Positions 35,796 to 47,129 of a stretch of 64,000 bases of DNA are shown here, in pieces (within the stretch, counting starts at the first letter, position 1; each line of letters starts with the position of its first letter). This stretch comes from Vicugna vicugna (Eukaryota): positions 2,350,921 to 2,414,920 of the forward strand of contig MU060807.1 of assembly GCA_013265495.1 (NCBI GenBank). Direction: 5' to 3'. Made by a program: the position numbers and the translations under genes. Under the pieces are notes generated by a model that saw only the letters and a list, made by a program, of their open reading frames with translations, was not told the DNA's origin and did not search any database.

Positions 35796-38700
35796 CTGGG
35801 CACAAAGCAAGAGAGAAGTCAGGACCAACACCAACCAAAAAGCAACACTCCCTTTCCAGTGGTCAGAGCTGAGGGAACAGAAACTGCCGGGGCCTTCGCC
35901 CCAGAGAGCCAAGGGGCAGCCAGTGAACTGGGGACCCCACCCCAGCCCCAAAGCAGGCTCAAAACCTCTGGGCTCAGAGAAAAGCACAGCAAGGCTGGGT
36001 CCAGCCCAGATCCTCATGGTGTCTGTTCCCCAAAATGAGGCAGGGAAACCCTTGCTGCATCTGCAGTGTGGCTGGGAAGCAGAGCCTCTACCTGCAACAG
36101 CTGTGCTGGCTGTGGTGGTGGTGGTGGCCGTGGCGTTGGTCGTGGTACCCTTCTTGGTGCCTGTCACAAACTCAATCTGGAGGGTGAGAGAGATGAACGT
36201 TAAGACCTGAGCAAAACTGTTCATCCACGTCCTCTGCCAGCCGTCTGCTCCCAGGGGGTGGGAGTCTGGTACCACACAGAGAAGGCACTGAGAACCAGCT
36301 CTGCTGAGACTGTCCAGCGAGAGAGGTGACAGAGCGGCGCCCCACGGGGATTTTTACTCCTCTGAAGAGAGCTTCCCAAACAGACGTTGGACCCCTCCCG
36401 GCATCAGCATGTCACTGCATGAGCTTGGGCACCCCTGCCCGCTGTCCCACCATGTGCCCAGCCCCCTCGCCCTCACACGCTGGGGGAAGGATGGCTCTGG
36501 TCTCAGGTGCTGCAGACACATCCCTGCAATGAGCCTGAGATTTGGAAGGGAGAAGGAGAGAGACAGAAGGGAAATTCAACCAAGGGTCACGACTGTGGAA
36601 ACCTGATCACCCCTGGTACCAGGTCCCCAAGGGCTGCCCCACAGCCCCTCTGCCCGGGGGATGGGGGGAACGTCCCAGAGGCCACAACTGCTGTGGAAGG
36701 GTCAGGCCAAACCACAGGTGGGAAGAGCTGGTGTTCTGAGGTCCACTTTCTCTCTCAGAGACTCTGGTTGGAAAGGGCACAGTTCCCAGGACAATGTCTC
36801 ACAGCCAAATTTCTGTTCCCCGAAGGACCCAGACCACATTGCTTGGGAAGAATCGTGCTCAGGGTCCTAAAATGAGGGGTCACCTGGCCATCAGGCGTGG
36901 GACTTACAGGGAAGCGCTGAGTCGGGCTGCCGAGGTCAGCTCTGGAGCCCAAGAAAGGCACAGACCAGAGTGCTCTGGGAAGGAAATACTTGCCTCCATT
37001 CAGGCCAAGGAGGGCACTGATGACCCCAGAGAGAAAGCCCCTGAGGATCTGTGGCTGCACGGGGGAGGGGAGGGGACATAATGCAGCAAGTACAAGACCC
37101 CAAGGAACCAAACGGGATTAACTGGGAAGCACCTTCAAGCTGAGTTAAGGAGCCTTAAAATCCAGCACAGGGCACACCTAAGGCTGCCCAGAGCATCCTC
37201 AGGCAACATATTGGCGGGGGGGAGAGCAGCCTGGAACGGGGGGAGAGCAGCCTGGAAGGCCCCTGCGCTCCAAACACCTGCCTTTTCATCAGGACGTTCG
37301 TCCATCACTTACTTTGGTTCGCTCCTTTTTGGCCTTTTCCAATTTGTCCATTTCAATCTTCTGGGCTTTGGCTACGAAGACAAGAGAAGCATTACACAAA
37401 CAGCCCGGGAGCAGCCCCACACAAGGAGATGGTTTAAGCCGAGGGACCCTAGTCCAGCACTTTCCACTTGCCCCACGTTCTCATTCGACGCACCTGAGTA
37501 GCCGGCAGACCCGTGTGGGCTCAGTGTCCTTCTGTGAAGGGCAAAACCCAGTGCCAGCTCTTGGCCAGCATGAAGCAGGGCCTCAAGCGCAAAGGCCCCA
37601 GGCTGGGGCTGCGCACCCCTTCAGAGGGGCCAGCTGCTCCTGAGCCTCAGCCGGCTGCTGCCATGTGGGAACGCCAGCCCAGTGACCCAGAGCAGCCGGA
37701 ATCAGGGATTTTTAAATAAAATGTTGGCAAGGAATTCAAATTAAAGCAAGACAAAACTTATGTGGGCCAAACAAAACACACCTACAGGCCGGATCTGAGA
37801 TCTGGCATCTGAGGGCTTGGGCCCTTTGAAATTCCTCCCAGTTTTCCCAGATAGGCCCCTTCAGAAAGTGCTCCAGTCTCGCTGGCCGCCAGCCGCCTGG
37901 CTACCATCTACACCTGCGAGGCCAGCCTCTTGCACCTTCAAAGCTCAGCGTGGACACAGTTTCCTCGGGGAGGCTGCCCCACCCCCTCGGCCCTGCAACG
38001 CCATCGCCCCAGCACTTGTCACCATTGGAATCACTCCTGTCATCCTGTCTTCTCTGCGGCTGTTATAAGCCTCCTAAGTCAGGGATGGGGTCTGGATTGC
38101 TCAAGGCTGTAAACCCAGCTCCTCAGATGTGGCCAGACACGGAGAAGACCCTGAAATATGTGTTGCCTGATGACTGACTGAGTGACTGGATGGGCAGACA
38201 GACAGATGGACAGATGGGTGGGTAAGTAGATGGATGGCTACCCACCTAAAGCCTCATAGTAGGAGTCCTCAGACCAGCCGTGGGGATCAAACATATCCTG
38301 AAAAAGAAAGGGTTAAAGCTACAGTAAGGGCCATCAGATGACAAATGACTTAGAAACCCAAGTGCCTCCCCGCGTCTATCTATGGGTCCTCCTGCCTTCA
38401 AAGGCAGAGGGGCTCAGCTGTTACCCCTGGCCTCCAGCCAATCCTTCTTAGGATTATGAGGGCAGTGATGCATTTGCCCAAGGGCTAGTCCATGGGCACA
38501 GCGAGTTCACACTCAGACTCTAACCAAGCAGAGGCCCCGGGGCTCGAACAAGAGCGAAGGGGACTGTCCTCTTCAGCCAACAGTGCTGCCACCTGGACCC
38601 TTCAGTGGCTCCAGGCTGAATCCAGCAGGTGAGCTCAAGGCCTTGGGTATCCTCCCTCAGCCTCATCCCCTGCAGGAAGGAATACCTTTGGGTAGTTGGT

Positions 38701-41700
38701 GCCGAGCTCATCGATTGCACAAAACTGGATCAGCTTCTCATAGATGCTGAAAGAAGAAAACCACAAGGTGCTGAGCAGGCCTGAGGCACCAGATTTCAAG
38801 AGATCAGAACCATTCAGCACCTGGGCTCAGGTGAAGCCTCTACACCCAGCTGAATCGTTCTAAGCTTCCCAACGGGAGGGGAAATGTCCACTGGCCTGAC
38901 ATTAGAAGTCACTTCTCGCACTCCACCCTCCACCCTCACAGGGAGATGGGCTGTTAGCCAGGGGCCAGGACAAGGATCGTGTTGAGGGGAGGGCTGCATT
39001 TTTTTGGTCTTATCAGGACACCTGACCTTCAGTCTGTGTGGCTGGATCAAGGCCACCATACCCAGGCCCACAGGGGCCAGGGCAGGTCATCCTATCAACA
39101 CACTGGTCTCTTTCCTGGGTGTGTCACTTGCTTGAGCACTGGACAGAGGGAGGCCAAGACACAGCTGTTTCTAAACCCTCTCCCCTGCACGTAGAATCAA
39201 TGACTTTTTAGAGGGAGAGGAAGAACCTGGGGTGATGGTCTAGTCCAACCCCCTCATGGTGCGGCTGAGGAGATGGAGGCCTCGAGAGGTAGCGTCTTTT
39301 TTTTTTTAACATTTTTTATTGATTTATAATCATTTTACAATGTTGTGTCAAATTCCAGTGTTCAGCACAATTTTTCAGTCATTCATGGACATATACACAC
39401 TCATTGTCACATTTTTTTTCTCTGTGATTTATCATAACATTTTGTGTATATTTCCCTGTGCTATATAGTGTAATCTTGTTTATTTATTCTACAATTTTGA
39501 AATCCCAGTCTATCCCTTCCCACCCTCTACCCCCCCCAGTAACCACAAGTCTGTATTCTCTGTCCATGAGTCTATTTCTGTCCTGTATTTATGCTTTGTT
39601 TTTGTTTGTTTGTTTTTGTTTTTGTTTTTTAGATTCCACATATGAGCGATCTCACATGGTATTTTTCTTTCTCTTTCTGGCTTACTTCACTTAGAATGAC
39701 ATTCTCTAGGAGCATCCATGTTGCTGCAAATGGCATTATGTTGTGAGAGGTAGCGTCTTTAGGAGCGGAGTAGGAATGAGACCCCGGCTGGGCCTCCTGC
39801 TCCAGACCAGGTCTCTGTTTCTGCTCTACGTACTGCTTAATGTGTTCAGTCTGGATTTTCAACAGTAAACCTCGGCGAGGTTAATGTGGTCTGGGTGACG
39901 GCCCCTGTGGGCTCAGGTGGGATCTGAGCTGGGCCTCTCCCTGCCACCTCCATGGGGGCATACCAGTTCCCAGCCGACCCTGCAGGCTCATGGGAAACTC
40001 ACCTGGGGTTCCGAAATTCCTTCTTCCTTTGGATAATATAGTTCATATCCATTCCCTCCTTTATCTTCCGCTCATAAAGCTTCTGGATCTTGTCCTGTGG
40101 AAGAGGAACAAAAGGATGCTTATGACAGAACCCCACTCCCTCATGATCCTAGTCTGTGGTCACACATGCGGTGTGGATACGTGGACAGAGGAGAGCCACA
40201 GAGCCACGAGAAGCCCTGCTCTAGCCACATGGTCTTCCTCCGCCAGCCTCTGACCAGCCCTGAGCACAGGTAAGACAGATGGAGACCAGTCTGCTTTTCT
40301 TTGGCTTTCTCCTGATCCGCTCTGGGTGGTCAGTAGAGGGAGTGATAAGGTCGAGGCAGTGAACCCATGGAGAAGACAGGGAACAAGTCCCCACTCGGCT
40401 GATCAGTTCCTGAATCATCTATAGAGAAGTTTCAGGTATTAGTGTTGATGGGTAGAGTCTACATGCTGGCTTTATTTTTAATTTTTATTGAAGTATAGTT
40501 CATTTACAGTGTTCTGTTAGTTTCTGGTGTACAAATAGTGATTAAGTTATATACATTCCTTTTCATTACAGGTTATTACAAGATCCTGTGTAGTTCCCTG
40601 TGCTATAGAAGGACCTTACTATTTTGAACGCTGGTTTTAAATTTTAACACAGGGTTAATTTCTAGCAGGAGACCTGGGAAGGTGATGTCCTTTCAGAGGA
40701 AGGCAGGAATAGAGGTTTTGGAACCTGGTTTCACAAGCCTCCCAGGGTGTCCTCTGCTGGGAGACTCACAGGTCCTCACCACTTTATCAAGAGGCACCAC
40801 CAGGGGACAAGGGCTCATTTCTCATCAAAACTCCTCTCCAGGCCCCTGCCCTGGCTTTCAATGGGAAACAGGAGAAGCACCCAGCAGGGATCCAGGCCAG
40901 TGCCACAGGTGTCCCCAGGCCCAAAGAGATGATGTCTGCAACAGATGGCATCAGGATGGCCTGGTGCGTGAAGGGACCTGGAAACCCGAGTCTCAGGGTA
41001 GAGCCACCTCTAAGGAGGAGCAGTCTTACCCAGGAAGGCACGCGCTGGCCCAGGGCAAGGTCTCCTGGCCGCCACCCCCACTAGTGGCAGCTAAACATGG
41101 ACACTCCAGAAGGAAAACATTTCGGGCTTCACTTGCAGGAGGAGGTGGGCAGGGTGGGAGGTCCTGAGTGAGGGAGGACCTTTGGGAACATCCGGAGAGA
41201 TGACCCATCCCCTCTGCCAGAACGCAAGACTGGCCAGAGGAAGCACAAATTGCAGAGAGAGGTCAGTAACACATTTACAGGGAAGAGAGCAGCCGAGAGC
41301 GACACGCCTCAATGTTAACCTCTTCATAGGTAATGAGGGGAGGCCTGCGCAGAAGGCTCGGCAGACAGAAACAGGTCTGTATTTTACAGACGACTTTTCT
41401 GTGTCTCCCGGGCCATCAGACAGGTTCTCCTATCTCAGGTGAACTAACATGTTTGCTCAGTGTCATGGTTTCTACCATTAGAAGGTCCAAAAAGTAGAGA
41501 TTTGGAACTTGAAGGCTGGGCCAGCTGGATGTCTCTGCCTGGAGGATTGCTGGACTGTCCTTATAGGCTGTGGCTTGTTGCCTGGTGTAAAGCTGATGAA
41601 GGTGATGCTATGCTGGGAGGCAGAGGGTAGGTGGTGGTGGTGGGGACAACTCAGCAAAGAGAAGAGACTTCCAGGAAGAGAGGAACCTCCGGCCCCGCCC

Positions 41701-44700
41701 GGTCGCCCTGTTCCACTGCCCTAGGACCCATTAGTCATCCATCCATTAAGGTGGTGCCAGGGGCCTGCGGTGTAGCCAGAGGCACTGGTAGAACCTACAG
41801 GATCAAAGGTAGAGTAGATGGACGGGGGCCACTATGGGGCAGCCCTGGGGGTCTGTCCTGTAGTCACAAGGTCTCATTCACAGAAGAAGGCACAGAGGGA
41901 CGAGGATAAGAGGAGGATAGGAGTTTTATGAGCATAAATGCTTGTGTGTTTGCATTTCTGTAATCTGTTTATTTTACGTTCTGAAAATCCCTTCGTTTCT
42001 TAGCAAAGTTCCACTGAGACTGTCCCACCGGCTCAAGGTTGCCCAGAAAAGGTCTGCTGTTTTATCTGCCGAGGTTCAGGACCTTACAGAGGGCAAGCTA
42101 GGGGCCCCAGCGCAAGTGGCAGTGGTGGTGGGTCCAGAGCAGACGTGAGAGCGGGCTCAGGGAGGTCACCAGGACTGCAGGCTCCTTCCCACCTGCGCTG
42201 TTTCATTTACAGAAGCCTCTTAAAGTCAGACCAAACCAGACCCCTGCCCCTGGATTCCTGTCTACATGGGCCTCAGCAGCTGTGCCCTGCGCTTACTTGT
42301 AAGTGATTTGAACACCTGCCAGGGGGCTCCGGCGGGATCTTGATTTCATCGGGTGACATGTTCCGGACTCTTTCAGAAAAGGAGGCTGTTGAGAGAACAG
42401 AGAAGAATTCTGTAGGTGGGAGGGACGGTGAGGGTGAAGGACAGGCATGGACAGTACAGAAACCAAAAACCACACACAAAGTGTTTTCAGAAAGGGACAC
42501 ACGCCTCTGCAACAGCGCAACAGGGTGTGCGGAGTAGCTCTCTGAGAGGATGCATCTGAGCTGAGATCAAATGACCAGAAGGAGCTGGCAGGTGTCAACT
42601 CAGGGGAAGAGAAATTCAGGCAGAGGGCACAGTTTGGCCACACAGCAGCAGTTCACTGAGGAGAGGCTGTGTCCTGGGGTGTGCTGGGAAATGTTTACCA
42701 ACCAGCGGGGAGGTGGGGAGCGGTCTGCCCGTTTCTGGGCTGTTAATTCTCCCGCCAATTTCAAGCTATCAATCTGCAGTCGCTGAACTGGCTCATCACG
42801 TGAGCCAGCTCCAGCCCCCGACGGGCTCTGCCCCTGAGACACCCTCCCAGGATTCTGGAAACTCAGAGTCTGGCACCATCCTTCTTACCTCAGGCTGTCC
42901 TACTCAGGCTACAGGAAAAGCTCAGGGTTCCCTAGGCTTTGAGACTCAAAGCTTTCAAACTGCCTTGTGTATAAATGACATTTGCAAAACTACCTGTTGA
43001 TTATTGGCTTAGGGCCCTTTAAAAATAAGTCAATCAACCACTTCATTCCAGGGAACAAAAGGTCTGATTCCGATGTGCAGAACCACAACTCCCAGGGGAG
43101 AACTCCCTCAGAGGTTTGCCTCTGCCCACCCAAGCTTCTGGCTCTCTCTCCACTCCCCTCCCTGCTGCCCCTGGCCACCCCGGGGACTGTAGAGTCGTGC
43201 TCTGGATCACCCAGACAATGCACTGTTTGTTGTAAGATTCTGTCTGTGCTTTTAAAAACATTCTCTCATGAAAAGGGCCATACAATGAGCAAATAGAAGG
43301 CGGAGTGGGGTGGGGCAGGATGAAGGCAAAAAATGAATAATCCGGCACCCACGACACCCTGCAAGTACTTACTGGGTGCCAGGCCCCAGGCGAGGAGACC
43401 CGTTCTCAGTTGCAAGTGGCTGCCTTGACTGTCGGGGACGGCCCAGCCCAGCCTTGCCCTTCTCTCCCGAGGCTGGGTTAATGTTTTTTTGGCAGACAAG
43501 GTGCTCTGATTTCTGCTTAGAGCTTTGCTAGTCTCAGCTGCTACCAAACAAGCCAGCACACACTGCAAAATACTGTAAATACTGAGGCTGGGGCCCAGGC
43601 CCAGGGCCCAGTCTCCTCACACAAGCTACCTGTGCTGACCCTCACTGTCGAAGATTCTCACCAGACGTGCCCCAGGAACAGAGCACTAGACCTGCCCTTT
43701 CAGGTGAGGGCAACAGGACAGAAACTGGGTGACATACCCTGTTGTGGATCCCAAACACCAGTGCAAGCATGGGACTACATGTTGCTCTTCGCCAGCACCT
43801 TCCTTCTGTCTCCTGCCTCCTGAAGCAAGGGTGACACCCAGGTCTGGCTGGAGTTCAAGCTCATGCTGGCTTCCTCCTTCCTCACAGACCTGGGAGAGGC
43901 AGGAGTTCTAAGTCCAAGGCTCAAGCAGGCAGCAGAGGCCAGATGAGAGCGGAATTAGCTGGGGTATGCTGGTCCTTGTATTTCGTAACAATTAGCAACA
44001 AAAGCAAGAGGGGCTCAGGCAGGCTTTGGGCATGAAGCGAGGGCTGAGGCTTCCCTGGGGTGGAGAAGGCATGTGTGCACGTGACAGAGAGACAAAGAAT
44101 GCCCTTTGGCATTTGCCAGGAAAGCCTTTTGGAAAAACAGGGTGTGACACTGTTGCCACAGCAACCCAACCACATTCAGGCTCAAATGGTATATAGTATG
44201 ACAGAGAGGGCGAGCCCTCCCTCCTCCAGCTCGCAGGCTAGGAACTGGAGAGTTCCTTGGGAGTCACTGGCAAATGGAGGGACAGTCAGGAAACTAGACT
44301 CAAGTTCATCTCACAGATTTCAGGAGAATCTTTCAGTGATTCTCTCTCCTAAGTCTCAGCATGGATGTGAGTACAAGACAACAGACCCACATACATGGCT
44401 ATTCAAAACCACTTTCTGGAAACACGCTGAGAAATGCACCCAGCACATGGGAGCAGCCCGTGTCTGTGACTGCCCCGGGTCTGCCAGGGCTGTTCTAGGA
44501 GGGCATCCGTACTCAGAATCTGAGAATCCTGCGTTGGTGTGATTCACCCTGGGTGCGTGCCCAAGTCACAAAACAACGATGGTAACCATGGCTGCCAGGT
44601 GTGAATCGGCACAGGAGCAGCTCAGATGGATGGGCCTGTGTAACGGCGGCGGGGAGTGAAGGAATGCCCGGCGGGTACTGTGGGGCCGCAAGCAGGAGGC

Positions 44701-47129
44701 AGCGGAGTGTCTCCAGCTCACCAGAGACACGGAGAACCCAACTAGAATGCCACCCTGGGGCCATGGTCCCAGGCCTGCCCGCAGGCACCCGGAAGGTTTG
44801 CACAGGGCGTGCACTCAGCTCAGCCGAGCAACTACAGAGCTGGAGAGGCCCGAGCCAGCTTCTCCGCCTTCGTGTGCTCCATTACACGTATGAAAACGCT
44901 TCCCACACCAGCAGACCACTCGGTCCCTAACCAGAGGCCTGAATGGAAGAAGCAGAGTTCAGGCAGAGGGGCTGATAACCATGGCGCCCTGAGTGGGGGC
45001 CACACTGCACGGGCCAATCGTTACATCCTCCGTGAACAGCGGGAAGAGTAATCAAAACCATGAGGCTTAAAGTTCCACCTGTGTCCTTCGTGGGTAAGTG
45101 GATTGAGAAACTGCAGTGTAACCCTACAATGAAATAGTATTTGACAATAATAAAAAGCAACTATGGATATGTTCGAGAACATGGATGGATCTCAAAAACA
45201 TTATGGTAAGTTAAAGGAGACAAAACAAAAAAAAGACTGATTTCGTTTGTATCACTGGTTCTCCAACTGGGGCAATTTTGCCCCCTCAGAAAACATTGGG
45301 TGATAACTAGAAATATTTCTTATTGTCACATCTGGCGGGGGGAGGGGAGTGTTGCTGGCATCGAAGGGGCAGAAACCAAGAATGCTACTAAAACATTGTA
45401 CAATGCACGGGCCAGGCCCCCACAACAAAGAATTATCCAGCCTAAAATTTCAATAGTGCCAAGGCTGAGAAATCCTGACTTGTAAGAAATTCTAAAACAG
45501 GCCAAACTCTAGTGAAGAAAGGACATCACTGCTCGCCTGCGGCTGAGGGAGGAACTGCCTCCAAGGGAAGGGGTCCAAGGGCATACTTTAGAGTGATGGA
45601 AAAGTTCTATGTAGCAACTGTGGTGGGGATTAACACGACTACGTATCTGTCCACACCCATCAAAGGGCACCCTTAAAACCGGCAAAACTTACTCTACGTA
45701 AGTTACACCTCAAAAGAGCTGTTTTCCAAAAGTGACAGAGAAAAAGTGAGCGCTGGTTGTGGAAGAAGCTGGGCTGAGCCGGCCAAAGCCCACACACATT
45801 CCACCGCCTGACAAGCGGAGGGCACGGCCTCGCTGGGCTCCGGGGAGGCGGCTCTCTGACCCAGCTCCTTGGTAGTACACAGCAGGGTCAGCAGGGGAGA
45901 GGAGGCCGCGGATCCAGGCCACAGCCGCTCCCGTGGGCCACCCACTCCGGGAAGCCCACTGGCTTCCTGGAAAGGCTGTGCTCTGTTCCCTCTGCCTGCA
46001 AAGCCAACTGGTCCACCCCTTCACTGCCGTTTTCTTCAGAGCAAACGTAAGGTCTTGAGAAAACTCAAACTCCGTTCATCAGAAAACTCAGGGGTAAATC
46101 CTGCTGAGGGTCTGGGCTGCTCAGTGTGGTCTCGTTCCTACCCCGGCCTTCCTCAGGAGACAAGCAGAATGAGTAGCTTGCAGTTTCTTTAGTCAGGAAA
46201 ACCAGAACAGGTTCCCGCCTCCCGCCCTCAGTGAAGGGACCAGTCCAGAAAACGGACAGGTCAGAGGGACTGCAGGGAACAGTGTTTCCAGGCTAAGTCC
46301 TGGGCTTCCCAGGGGTGGGGGAAGTGAACCTCGAAGGCTCTGTTTGGAAGCAAGGAGTGGGCTCTGCAGGACACCTGCAAAGCAGAGCCACGGGGAGCGG
46401 GAGCCCTGCTGTGTGAGGACGATGGAGTGGGCAGGGAGGCGGCCACAGTCGCCACGGGGGGGGGGGTGTCAATGCCTCCGTGAGGTTGGGCCAGGCCTGG
46501 GGAGAGCTGTTACAAGGTCCAGGGCCAAACTGAAGGAGCTGAGACACCTTCTAAAAGGATTAAGAAGCTGGGGTTAACACACGGCCGGGATGACATGTGT
46601 GCTATTTTCCAGAAATGTGACTGCCCTGGCCAGTTACGTTAAGGGTCCCAGACTCCAGGGCTGTGAGCATGTCCCCTTCTGGAGACAGAGCAAAGCGCCA
46701 GCAGAGGCCACATGTCTGCTCCTTGAGCACATAAATGTGCCAGTGGAGCAGGCAGAGCGCGGACAAGGACAGAGGATGGCCGCAGAGCACAAGGGAACAA
46801 GCTCCCAGCTGGACGGGGCCCTGAATCTCTCTTGACAACACTGGCAACTGACCAAAGCCCAGCGAAACGCACTATGAATGTGATTTTCAAAGAAGAATTG
46901 TTCCCTGGGTGTCTCACTCAGACATCTTATGAGATGCCAAAGGCCTGGAGAGAGAGGATAAAGAGACAGGCTCGCAGTGGAGCAGCTGCCTTGGCCAAAG
47001 CAGAGAGAAGCCACCTGCGTGGCCGGAAGCCAGTTGGCTCCAGGCAGGGCTCAGAGACACGCCCCGAGGCCCCCCGGGGTACTCACCAACCAATTCCTGG
47101 GGATCTCGCTTTTCTACTTCTGGGTTATC
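35614..47129 (-). CDS. SAP30BP: SAP30-binding protein, exons 4-11 (5' end outside window)
   Basis: Eight phase-compatible GT-AG exons totalling 663 nt (220 aa plus stop), from DNPEVEKRDPQELV to VGTIVKKAKQ*; matches the recalled SAP30BP C-terminal 220 aa. Confidence 0.96.
36092..36176 (-). CDS. SAP30BP: SAP30BP exon 10 (IEFVTGTKKG...STAVA)
   Basis: ccag| acceptor, |gtaga donor; 85 nt. Confidence 0.95.
37313..37371 (-). CDS. SAP30BP: SAP30BP exon 9 (AKAQKIEMDKLEKAKKERTK)
   Basis: gtag| acceptor, |gtaagt donor; 59 nt. Confidence 0.94.
38246..38297 (-). CDS. SAP30BP: SAP30BP exon 8 (DMFDPHGWSEDSYYEAL)
   Basis: tcag| acceptor, |gtggg donor; 52 nt. Confidence 0.94.
38686..38746 (-). CDS. SAP30BP: SAP30BP exon 7 (S-IYEKLIQFCAIDELGTNYPK)
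   Basis: tcag| acceptor, |gtatt donor; 61 nt. Confidence 0.94.
39300..39744 (-). mobile_element. Young 5'-truncated L1 with 16-bp TSD, inserted in a MIR
   Basis: Poly(T) at left; GAGAGGTAGCGTCTTT at both 39284-39299 and 39745-39760. Confidence 0.9.
40003..40094 (-). CDS. SAP30BP: SAP30BP exon 6 (DKIQKLYERKIKEG...EFRNP-S)
   Basis: acag| acceptor, |gtgagt donor; 92 nt. Confidence 0.94.
40470..40620 (-). mobile_element. L1 3' UTR terminus fragment
   Basis: TTTTATTGAAGTATAG...TTCCCTGTGCTATAG. Confidence 0.75.
42297..42385 (-). CDS. SAP30BP: SAP30BP exon 5 (ASFSERVRNMSPDEIK...SNHLQ)
   Basis: acag| acceptor, |gtaag donor; 89 nt. Confidence 0.95.
45100..45700 (+). mobile_element. Old L1ME 3' fragment interrupted by MER20
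   Basis: ACATGGATGGATCTCAAAAACATTATG...GTGATGGAAAAGTTCTAT. Confidence 0.65.
45253..45477 (+). mobile_element. MER20 (hAT-Charlie), near full length
   Basis: CACTGGTTCTC...GGGGCAATTTTGCCCCC...ACAACAAAGAATTATCC...GCTGAGAAATCCTG. Confidence 0.88.
47087..47129 (-). CDS. SAP30BP: SAP30BP exon 4 (DNPEVEKRDPQELV)
   Basis: ttttgcag| acceptor, |gtgagt donor; 43 nt. Confidence 0.92.
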
